Positions 10,901 through 20,234 of a DNA stretch of 41,882 nucleotides are shown here, piece by piece. The stretch's first letter is position 1, and each line of letters begins with the position of its first letter. The notes under the pieces are model-generated. The model did not search any database. It was not told the DNA's origin and saw nothing but the letters and a program-made list of their open reading frames with translations. The stretch is from Perkinsus olseni (lineage: Eukaryota), in the NCBI GenBank assembly GCA_013115125.1, contig JABANN010000293.1:1-41882 (forward strand), written 5' to 3'. The position numbers and the translations under genes are program-made.

Positions 10901-11818
10901 GCATACACGCATGAAGGCGTCGACGTCGATGTCAAGTGCAGCCAGCGCTTTGCCAAGATCTCTCAGCTTCTTCGGATCGCTGATGACAGGCCATGACAGC
11001 CCCGGTGTGGATAGCAGCCCCCTGACCCTGTGAAACGCTGAAGGTTCAGTGGACCCGGTGGTGAAGTCCATCAGGTAAGAGTAGGCGTATCCTAGTAGGA
11101 GACTGACATAAGCCTCGTCGGCATTGGATGTGAGTGGGAAGGCCTCTACAGAGTAGCTGCCGTTGAGGAAGAGGGCAGCATGGCACCTCGCACTGCAATC
11201 CGTTGCGACGAGGGAAGTGAGCAGACAAGCTGACCGGAGCCTCTCGTCCTCAGACCCTCGAGATGAGCTTCTTGCCATAGCGCTCCAGGTAGCAGCCAAG
11301 TCACCTCCACCGACAATCCACACCACATGCGCTGAGCTCTCGAGGTCGACATCCTCAACCTTCTGCCGATGGCCGATGCTGCCCGAGGAGCCGCCCAGCA
11401 CCTCCCCCAGCGGGCTCCGGCTGCTGACCAGGCTCACTCGCATCTTAGGCGGGACATCAGCCGTGCAAATCCTGGGCAGGCGTGCCATCACAGTGGCTGT
11501 CACGGTCCCCCTGTGTAGTGGTAGACCCGCTTCCCGGATGCTGTAGGAGACATCCGAGTGCTCTTGGGCTAGGCGAGAGGGCTCCAGCGGGTACAGCTTG
11601 CTCGTCGGCACTATGATCATGTCTTCCGGGCCACCGCCTCCTAGGTGCACTACTGCTTCGGCGTCTCGTCTGTTCGGCGCCACACGGAGACTTGTAACCG
11701 TGCCGTGTACGAAGGTGGGGAAGGGCGAAGGCTCCTCCTCACCCGTGTCACGGACAACGAGCACTTCTTGCCCGACCAGATTAGAGGGGGGCTTCGGCGT
11801 TGACAAGCCGACTGTCAT
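7991..11818 (-). CDS. Myosin-derived protein: SH3-like N-terminus, degenerate motor domain, ~9 IQ motifs, RCC1/ATS1-like tail (MyoH-like architecture), intronless
   Basis: IQ motifs such as IQSLYRSWLER, IQRVWRQKRTR, VQAYWRGVLVR, IQTRWRSHRQV. RCC1 repeats VACGSQHILF..FAWGSNSMGQCG, LFSWGDNTCKQLGR, GEVFVWG. N-terminal VGQEVLV..GTVTSL..VPTSKLYP resembles the myosin SH3-like domain. First in-frame ATG at 11818. Confidence 0.75.
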   Translation of the reverse strand: MTVGLSTPKPPSNLVGQEVLVVRDTGEEEPSPFPTFVHGTVTSLRVAPNRRDAEAVVHLGGGGPEDMIIVPTSKLYPLEPSRLAQEHSDVSYSIREAGLPLHRGTVTATVMARLPRICTADVPPKMRVSLVSSRSPLGEVLGGSSGSIGHRQKVEDVDLESSAHVVWIVGGGDLAATWSAMARSSSRGSEDERLRSACLLTSLVATDCSARCHAALFLNGSYSVEAFPLTSNADEAYVSLLLGYAYSYLMDFTTGSTEPSAFHRVRGLLSTPGLSWPVISDPKKLRDLGKALAALDIDVDAFMRVCCALMLLVQSSSISSALCIRPDELICDLLGIEDPLDKQVSSIEFVHVLQRGLLCWAASLEVSDENGDGTIIVACPADRRDSYGSYGDLLLTREALRIARCTRAADYIDERFHRACEHIRLPTTGNERVLDLFQGSSVRLVRDICQAAADEQVGQDWLDAAKESVESVRESGVGAHLIVVTRDEKDPLEMAHQLWLFSTIAATRVNPMMKPFHIDIVEARERLALKASSETEILEELSATIGVPPGGLDIRKGSLRIGMGAIGSLLKHEAALMAPRSKKERCERILKSCMTRQYAAKAVRKVVQIQSLYRSWLERKESLDRVPRALNCLFGALCLLRRVNEFSKRHAAVVHIQRVWRQKRTRMKYAGYIMQLRRIRAAIVLQAFYRRLAAVKLVDELRLKRTRVYSVEIVQCFVRRYLAQLTLLSRAYRLRAERAAVVVQAYWRGVLVRRWWGRVRGGLPWLALIIKAKLIAMHDAQVRLSAWWRGTATRVVRSGTGKRVYDYLAAARGDIWEEVHRTRSARRIQTRWRSHRQVRHFRALTEATRVIQDAMRTTSWRRWWVSIRRTVIHLQRHFRARAELAEMERQLRASEWSNRSITHRVSPTVLGRDICIIHAPENVEETLRRTFDSYERSEGCDLHIFGSRCKHVVAVKDGWLWVSGHLVPPPPRLEALSVKTVACGSQHILFTCNETELCFAWGSNSMGQCGLPQDAVAFLRTPLAIPVRGCDGRVKLIAASGKTSAYVTKRRPSRVHVIGQCTESECADLADFGDTAIIARITLSVFEDTSRRLLKPCVFVLTGKGELFSWGDNTCKQLGRPIEDSSLARVPGKVQLGDARAAGRVVQVSVAAGAVYVLAVTDVGEVFVWGTVMRAHAGGPPEAFNFDLPTSVILPVENTAAIQVAASWGDTWFVVLAPECSVWCCRGLCRRGAFAVIENAETIEWPTSVYEARTRGALLRSSNSVKGSLVYMAFE

Positions 11819-12148
11819 CACAAACACTTTTGCAACTAAGGACACCAGTCAAGCCAACGCTATTTGCTTCATACTCAACGGAAGCCTGACACTGGCAGCT
11901 CTACTCTGCCGCATGCTGCCTCTCGCTATTCATATGCGAGCGTATGCCACCAGCCGTAAAGTGTCTTGCGTACTGGAGGGAAGACCCACGCTTCTCATTT
12001 AGAAATTGTGAATCAATGACCGCCGGTCATTGACCGGGCTGATTCTGTGATCCCCCCTGAGTGCGATAGTGAGTATAGCTCGGCCTTACGCCGGACCGAC
12101 CACTACAATTGACGAAACCGTTCAATAGAGTACTCTGAGAAACGTTGA

Positions 12149-13559
12149 CTATTCGGTGACGCTAGAGGGAGCGTTGTCCGTCCCTGTGCTGGATTTCTCC
12201 TTCCTGGCACTCTTCAGCTCAGCCACGGCCACTCGTTCGTCGAGCGTCGGCCCCTTCGCTCGCTGCATTATCGGGACGTACTTTCGGGCCTTCACCTCAC
12301 CGGTCCCTCCCGAGGACCCTGCTAGACACTGAAGCACCGCCAAATCCCTCTGAGCCGCCACCGCCGCTCGGGAGAACATCGCGACTGCTTCCTGGTCCTC
12401 GACAGCGTTTTGATCGAACCAATCAACGTCATACTCGCAATCGAATAGCACCAAACCAGCGCCATCAGCCAAGTCGTAGCTGGGCTTGCCAGGGGTCTTC
12501 TCAATGTCCAGGAGAGCATCAATAACCTCAGGCGGCTCCAGGCCTCTGCCTATGAGCATGAGGACCTCCATCATGCATCGAACCTGGTGCCATAGGAACG
12601 CGCTCCCTGTGATGACCGCATGGGAAATGACACCACCATCGCGAAGGTCGAACGAATGAATAGTCCTCTCGAAGTTGACGGTCTGCTCCACGTCCATCCT
12701 ACAGAAGTTGCGGTAGTCGTGCTGCCCAATCAGTCTCTGAGCAGCCCTGGACATCATTCCAAGGTCCAAGCCTTCCGAGGGGAAGAAATACTTGTAAGTG
12801 CGACTTTTGGAGCTGAACCGTGCGTCGAAGTCGTCGTTCGGCACCGAACAGACCCGCAAGATCCGGATATCCTCGGGAAGCACTCGGTTTATCATCTGGA
12901 CGTAGGGGAACTCGGTACCTGATGAAGCCATCGTTCCGACTAGTTCACGCAGGGGCGAACACGATACCGAGGACCTCTGATACTGATATACCATGAGACT
13001 ACAAGTTGTGGTAAGTTGGGCTACGTACTGTCTCCCATTAACCAATTCCTGTCATACTATTGCTTCACTACTTACCTACCACATTCACCCTGGTTGCGTT
13101 CAACAGAGACACTCGAGACAATTGCTACATTGAAGTCGCACGTTTCCGGAGACTCAGGAATCTGCTCACCATCTGGTTTCACACGCAGCCGCAGTGTAGC
13201 ATAGTTGCCTCTGGCATGGACCCCTTTGTCGGTTCGACCACACCGAGAGAAGTCGCAAGATGTACGGGACTCTATCAGGCAGGTCTTGACTAGAGCTTTG
13301 AAGAGCTCATTCTCCACCGTATTGACGCCAAACTCCTCCTGATTCTGCCAGGCTACTCCAGCGTACCTGAACAGCCACCAGCACGGCCACATGCAGAGAG
13401 CCTCTAGCACCTAGCCGAGGGCGCCCACCTAGTCCCGATGTAGGCAAATTTCAACAGGAAGCGGCCCGTCTTGGCCGTGGCCCAGTCTATCCCTCGAGGA
13501 GCCTTCCGTCGCTTCTTGCTCTTGGGCTCGGAAGAGCTGCTCGGCGGGGTGGAGGACAT
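12149..13559 (-). CDS. PUS3: TruA-family tRNA pseudouridine(38/39) synthase (Pus3/Deg1-like), spliced
   Basis: LKFAYIGTR|YAGVAWQ, TVENELFKAL, FSRCGRTDKGVHARGN (catalytic Asp present), FDARFSSKSRTYKY, GQHDYRNFC, GSAFLWHQVRCM. Intron 13367-13428; a second intron ends at 12919. Confidence 0.92.
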
Positions 13560-13661
13560 GACGCAACTCTGCTAGCATTGCCAATGGACCAAGGGAAAGC
13601 CGACAAACGCAACCTAACCAACTTCGAAAATACATCCGAAACATGTCCAACAGTCGGCGCA

Positions 13662-15176
13662 TCACTCAGGGATCCGCAGCGCCTGGTCATCTCTCTCCAT
13701 ATCGATCTGGGGTGGGGGCTCCTCCCCTATCGCCAGAGAGTGCCGAGCTTGATCGAAGATCGACACGAACTCGCCGGTGATCGGATTCACCAGTGTACCT
13801 AGGAGATTATTCAGGCGACTTCTACATAGCAGTGACTCAATTTCAAAAGTTCAAATTTTGACTACCAACAGTCGTGACTGCCCAACTTTCTACTAGCAAG
13901 CGTCCCTCCCAGGTACCCGCTCACCTTTAGCAGCCATGATGGCATCCCTCGCTATCCTCCGCGGTGCTAGATGCCTCACATGGGGACTCACTGGCTGGGG
14001 GCAGATGTAATCAACGTAAGCAGTGCTCGATCTGTAGGGCCCGAACGATGCCGAGTTGACCTTAGTTACCTGAAGCACGCGGTAGCGGCTGTCGGAGCCA
14101 CAAGGGAGGGCTCTGCCTTACCCGGAGTTTGTATGTGTCTCTGAATAGCTTCACCAAGCTCTTCTCATTAGTCATCACTAGTCGGACTCTCAGCCACGTC
14201 ACCTCCTCGCTCGGCCGCTTGTCTATACCAACGAAGACCTGTTCGCCATCTAGAGGTGTGAGCAGCGACGGCTGGGCGCGCGTACTTGTCCGTAATCGAC
14301 ACTGCCCACTTGAACGCCTTCTTTTCGCCTCCAGCTCCGGAAGCGGTCCTCGGGTAATCTGCCTTTCACACGAACCAGAAAAACACCTGTGAAGCGCAAA
14401 GGGCGTCAAAAACCTAGAAACTGCCAATCCTTCAACCCACTGAGGACTTTGCTGCGGGGGTGAGCCATATTGTGGGCAAACTCGCCATCATTAGTGAGGA
14501 CAACCAGGCCGGAACACATGACTGGGATGGGGTTAATTACGATGAAGTGTGGTGGTATCAAGTCGACGTTGTTGATGTTATGGCTGAGTTCGTGTGCCTG
14601 GGGGAAGCCCACAGATGGGGCGGCACCCAGGAAGGCCGACTCACCCGACGCTTGTACCATATCTCGAATAAATCAGGCAAGGCTGTAAGGCCGCGTATCC
14701 GTGTCGCACTACAGACGACGCCTCGAGGTTTGTTGATGAGCCAAACCTTCGGATCCCTGAACAGAAGCTCATCACGCGGCCGCCTCCTGCAGACAGAGCC
14801 CACCCCGGTGGCTCCACTGGTTGATCTCGGCAGATGACATCGCAATGGTCAGACACTTGCACGTTATGGCGGACAACTTGGCCGTCAACGACAACTTCGC
14901 CATTCCTTATGGCCGCTTCCGCCTGACGACCAAGAAATCGGAACTCAAGCGAGGAAGAGATCCATCCACCTGGGAGCGCGACATCTGGCCAGACAGAGAT
15001 ATCCTTCGAGCGAGCCATTCAAAGCTAGTGGTCATCTTCTGTAGTGTACGGCAAGCTATCCGAGGGACGTCCTCGGCGGTCATCACTCGAGGGGCCACCT
15101 TTCCAGCAGAGCAGCGAGAAGCGGCCGAGGTGAGCAAACCCTCACCGGCGTGGATGAGGGCCCGACTGCCGCTCAT
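13662..15176 (-). CDS. S4-domain RsuA/RluB-family pseudouridine synthase homolog lacking the catalytic motif, multi-exon
   Basis: WLARRISLSGQMSRSQ|AEAAIRNGEVVVDG (S4), WLINKPRGVVCS, SGLVVLTNDGEFAHNMAHP, FLVRVKG, TWLRVRL, FGPY. The GRLD position reads NPIP. The last exon ends ..LRIPE* at 13662. Confidence 0.8.
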
Positions 15177-15295
15177 AAATTACAAAAAACCAACCCGAGG
15201 AAGGTTGTGATGAGAGTATCCCCAAACCAGTACCCGAAAGGCCTACACAAATTCGAACGGAGTCCAGGAAACAATGGCGGAAACAGAATGGCATG

Positions 15296-16318
15296 TCAGA
15301 TCGTACTGGCTGCATTGTCATGGCCTCTTGTCACATTCACTCGGCACGAATTAGTCCATGTACTGGTATGCTTGTATCGTTCAAACAGGGCGATCGCTAA
15401 GGCATAGCTCACGTTGAAGCTGTGATGAGTACCCTCCGCGGTGGGTATCTGTAGAGAAGGGCACTCGGGAAACGATGAAAGCAGCAGAGCCAGCAGCGAC
15501 CGGCATATCTAGAACAAAGCCTTGGGATCAGGTCTTGCAATAAGCAACAGGCCCGTCCCGCGAATATCCTTCCCATGCAACTCACGCTAAGAACGGCATC
15601 GGCGACTCCGAGGACGGCGTCCGAGACACCGTCGGCCTCTCCACCAGCTACCATCAGCAGGTGAGAACTTCTCAAATAACATGAGTCCGAGGACGCGGCA
15701 GTGAGATCAATCCACTGCAGCTGAACGACGGGCACGTCCAACGCAAGCGGCGAGGAAACCAACCATCGTACATACACCCCGAGAGATGGCCTCTTCCTTG
15801 TTCTCTAACGCACACACGACGAAGTCATGGTCCTTCCTTAAAGCATCGATGAGTTCTATCGGGTCCGTTGTAGTGAATATTCTCGGGCCACTGAGCGTAC
15901 TGTAGTGAGAGTAGTTCAAGGCAAGTTGGAGGAGGTCCCTGAACGACTGTACGAGTCCACTCCCGCAAGGGTCCGCTGAAGACACCGGAAGATATCCCCT
16001 CCATGGATAGGACGACGCGAGATAACGGAGAGATGATGCAGAAAATACAGGCCGTTCACTCACTCTGTGACGGCGCCCTCGCCCAAAATCAAGGCTCCTG
16101 CCCCGAAGCTCGAGCTGTATCGGAGGACCCTTGCTACGTTGCCTGGGTACCTACCCCTCATGCCACTTGACTAGGCCGCAAGCAGGTAGTGGGACTCACT
16201 GCACTCCATCAAGCATGACCAGCGTGTGGGCCTTTGCACTTGCCCTACCGCCGCTCGCTACAAAGTCAATGACGCTATTCAAGCGGGATGCTCGCAGGAT
16301 ACGCTGACGCTGGAGCAT
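15296..16318 (-). CDS. SpoU/TrmH-family RNA methyltransferase, paralog A (motifs intact)
   Basis: Spliced HTLVMLDGVQ|YPGNVARVLRYSSSFG (motif 1), MVAGGEADGVS (motif 2), IPTAEGTHHSFNVSYALAIALFERY (motif 3). Arg-rich N-terminus MLQRQRILRASR. Confidence 0.82.
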
Positions 16319-16450
16319 CCAACCCTGGGGAAAGCTGCATGGCCATGCTGTACCTAGACAACCGAGCAAAGGAGCCGGCCTCCTGTATCATGCCTTTCTA
16401 TCACTTCCCTTCAGCCTGGATACGACCCGTCTAGCAACACTAGGCAGATC

Positions 16451-17443
16451 TCAACACAAGAAACTAGACTCGAACTGGTCATCGGAAACGTCCCCATGCT
16501 TCCCCATTCTCTGCCGTATCCTCTCTTCCCGCAGAGCCCGCAACTCTGCGTCCGGCAGCGGTGGTAGAGGGCTAGGGCGAGGCCAATCCTTAGTGAATCG
16601 GTACCGCTCGAACATAGCCAAGGTCATCGCACTGCACACATTGTAGCTGTGATGGTGGTCGAACACAGTGGGGATCTGAGAACTCGAGCCACGTACGCCA
16701 CGAGCCATCCTCAAGGACAGTACGACATCTCTCTTCAGCCAGGGCGGAACGAAACTCACGCTCAGGATTGCATCAGCTTCCCTCGGGATGAGTGGGCCAA
16801 CGCCTTCCAACTCTCCGCCACCAACGAACAGCACTCGTGGCGATGATATCTCCTTGCCGGCCGACGCGTCGCAGCTGAGGTCGATGAAGGGCAACTAAGA
16901 GGGGTTGCTGAGTGACGAGGACAGACAAAGGCGACTGTAGGGCACCCTTACGTCGTGTTGGACGGCCACTTCCTTATTCTCGAGGACAATCACGCGGTAG
17001 CCATACTCCTCGCGCAAGCGCTGCATCGTCCCCGCACAGTCGACGTTCAATACTAGAGGTATCCCACCACGACGAACAGTATGGGACGAGCAGAGAGCCG
17101 ACAAGGCGAAGTCCCTATCAAAGCAAATTGCTTCCCGCCTAGACCTCGAGGATTACCGTTGGTACAAGTGGGACCCCCTAGAGTCGGCAAGCAGCAGTGC
17201 AGAGCATCCCAACTTGCCGGCATTGGCCAGCACGTTGCCGACATTGCCTGGATACCTGCGGGCCGAATCTTGCCCTCTGCCACTCAATGCCTCCAAGACT
17301 CACTTGACACCATCGAGGAGCATCAACGTATGCGGTGGGATCTTAACTTCGAGTACTTCCACCACACTCTGATGCAAGAAAGAAGCGGCCAGCAAGCAAA
17401 GATTCCTCGTTGGATTTGGGCGTGAGAAGCCGCATCCGAGCAT
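16451..17443 (-). CDS. SpoU-family paralog B (motif-1 Arg replaced by Ala)
   Basis: HTLMLLDGVK|YPGNVGNVLANAGKLG, FVGGGELEGVG, IPTVFDHHHSYNVCSAMTLAMFERYRFTKDWPRP. Introns at positions equivalent to paralog A. Confidence 0.82.
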
Positions 17444-17530
17444 GAAAGACTGCACACAAATCCGCGCCCTTGCGCCACAGCCATGCCCGTACTCAGACTC
17501 CGCCACGTTGTTGTGTCAGAAACATGCTTC

Positions 17531-18932
17531 TCAAGTAACGGCTGCCGAGAACTGACCGCTATCTGCTTCAGGCACGTGTGAGTTCGGATACCTCAGGGCC
17601 GTCGGCGGGCACGCAGGAGGCCTCGGCCAGTCTTTCGTGAGCTTGTAACGCTGAAGCATTGCTGCAGTGAGACTGTGATTGACACCAAGCTCGATCGGCA
17701 CCTACGAGGAGGACCTTGTGCAATCAGGCTGATTGAATCAGCCTGCAAGAGTAGTCCAGTCGCCAGTTACAATCGACACTCAGAGAGTCAGCGCTTTCTG
17801 TATCAAGAAGCGAGTGGGGGAAGGCATATGCCCTCTAGACGACTAGATTCTGACTCTATGGAAAATTTACTACGATCGTATTGTTATTTCCGATTTCTCC
17901 GGCCGTCTCGAACACGCTATCACAAAGCTCGGCCACCCGTACATTCGACGAAAATTCTCCCTTAAGACGAAACTCGAGGCCAGAAAGTAAAAATTTCACT
18001 GTGCAATGGGTGGATTGGTTTCCGAAAGTGTGGAGTGATCCCTGCATGAAAGCATGGCCCGTTAGTGGAGCGAAGCGTCGCCGCGTTCCAGGGCTTACCC
18101 GCATATAGAAATGCGCCTTCTCCCCGAGAGTGTCACCGGCAACACATTGAGGGCCATCTACGACCATAAGCAACAGTTGACTGCCCATCCAAGCAGAGTC
18201 TTGTACACCGCTGCTCAGGTCTACCGTTGGTAGGAGCACCTGCAACACATCCCGATCGAGCAAAGCCGTGCAAGAAAGTCCAATCGATGCGCGGTAGACG
18301 CAGGGATGTGCAGACGACAGGCTCACAAGGTGCACAGATGCCCGAGTGATTTCCAAGATTGTGAAAGAACTCACGCGGTCGCTGGTGTCGTCGGAACACA
18401 ACGACCCTATGGTGTAGCCGTAGGAATCAGACAATACGGTAGCGACCTCAGTAGACTCCACACCAGCAAGCACATGTGGTCCCCCGAAACAGTAAGCCAT
18501 CGAGTGCCTCAAGCAGGTCTTCACGAAGGACCTGAAGAGCCACATTCACCAATCTTCGCCCCAGCTTCACGAGAACGACCGCCTACTGTGTGTAAATAAA
18601 CCCCCTAGTGGTTCCAAGGATAACAGCAGAAGCTCCCAGCAAGTGACAATTCCGTATCACGCTGGCCACAACGCCTGGGTTCCTGACAGAGCTCAGTACA
18701 GTGCGGCACCTGTGGTAGAGGCAGACACCTACTCTATGTCGTTGAGTAGGATCAACGTATGCGGAGAGATTCCGGATTCGCCGCCATGCACGATCTCAGA
18801 CAGGGATGCACTAGTGTACTTGTCGGTCCACACCGAGAACAGCCGCCGCCGGGCGTACGACTTGGCCGCTATGCTACCGAGACGTCGAAGAAGTATTATC
18901 GATATGACAGGCGGAAAGCAACAGATCCTCAT
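17531..18932 (-). CDS. SpoU-family paralog C (Arg retained, SAM-knot motifs 2 and 3 degenerate)
   Basis: HTLILLNDIE|NPGVVASVIRNCHLLG and LMVVDGPQCVAG. Intron 17702-18098 leads to the last exon VPIELGVNHSLTAAMLQRYKLTKDWPRP (17531-17701), which is not in the ORF track. Confidence 0.72.
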
Positions 18933-19019
18933 CGATTTATCCACTCCTCATCAACTCAGTCCCTCTCGCAGCAGTAGCAGAAACCACGCATGAAACGAAG
19001 GACATGGTGGGACGAGGCA

Positions 19020-19992
19020 TCAGGCAGACACGCAGGTCGGGGGAATAGCAGACGGTCTAGGCCAATGCCTCGTCACTTTGAACCTCTCGAAGAGAGCAAT
19101 CGTCACGGCACAGCTGATGTTATAGCTGAACTGCGCGCTGGGCAAGGTCGGAACCTGAAGGAGACGACCAAGCACGATAGAGATGAATTCTGCCATGGTG
19201 GATATCACATCCCACAAAACGTCAGCTCGGCCGACTAGCTCGTCCCCCGGCCGCTGAGCCTCCCCGCCACTGATGAAAAGCAACCTATGGGCCTCCATGA
19301 ACTCGCTACTCGACGCCAGCCGACACAGGTCGTAACGGCGGGCCTGAGAACCGCTGTGAGTGGTGTGACTGCATCACAAAGAGGGCCTCAGGTTCCGAAA
19401 CACTCTGCTACCTGCGAGCTGCTATCAGTGAGAGAACCGTCCCCAAGGACTGCTATTGTATACCCAAAGTGCGTCTTGAGCTCATCAACGGCTTCAATTA
19501 GGTTGCAGGTCGGGACTACGGGGCAGCCTCCGCGCTTGTAACACATCGACATCCGCAGTGCAGATCTCATCCATGAACTACGCAACGACGGAGTGGATGG
19601 GAGAGATGCTCTGGACCCTACTTCGATTGGTGTCGGTCACTGTTTTGGGAGCTGCTGCCGAACAGTACACCGGAAACTCCAAGGAGGTAACTGTGTCTCA
19701 ATATACTGGCCGCGTTGCTAGAGAACCTATCGAACTTCTATGATGCGTCATAGGCGATAGCGTGATAGTTCCGGTTAACAAACACATGCCGGCTGCGAAG
19801 GAAGAGCAACACACCCACGTGTCCGATCGAGAGCTCCACCAATGAATACTGTATCGAGTCAGCCATGACCAGAGTGTGCGGCGCAGGTCCTTCTCTAGCG
19901 AGGATGCTGCCTAGGGAGGGATACAGAAAAGGGGCACTCCACGTAGCAAAGCTCCTCCTCAATAACGCACTAGCATTTACTGGAAGAAGCAT
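19020..19992 (-). CDS. SpoU-family paralog D
   Basis: MLLPVNASALLRRSFATW (presequence-like), HTLVMADSIQ|FSSNAASILRHSYLLG, FISGGEAQRPG, VPTLPSAQFSYNISCAVTIALFERFKVTRHWPRP. Confidence 0.8.
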
Positions 19993-20234
19993 GAACTACA
20001 GTCGAACAATCGATCGCACATCCCAGAGCGCAACCCGCGCTACCGTGATGAACCAAGAGCCTATCATCGACGAGGAAAAGTCTAGATTCATGGTGAAAGT
20101 AAGGTTACAGCCTTAGCGAAGGCCGCGAGAAAAATCAACTTGTGGCCCACGATTCATCCAGGCCATACTTGTCGGGAGAATGAATGGTATAACACTTGAA
20201 AGCAACTCCATAATGCGCGTCATAACAACCAGCG

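Noticed and set aside
17856-18098. C-terminal part of the 229-aa ORF 17856-18545
   Set aside because: It is better explained as read-through into an intron, because the homologous SpoU terminal exon lies at 17531-17701.
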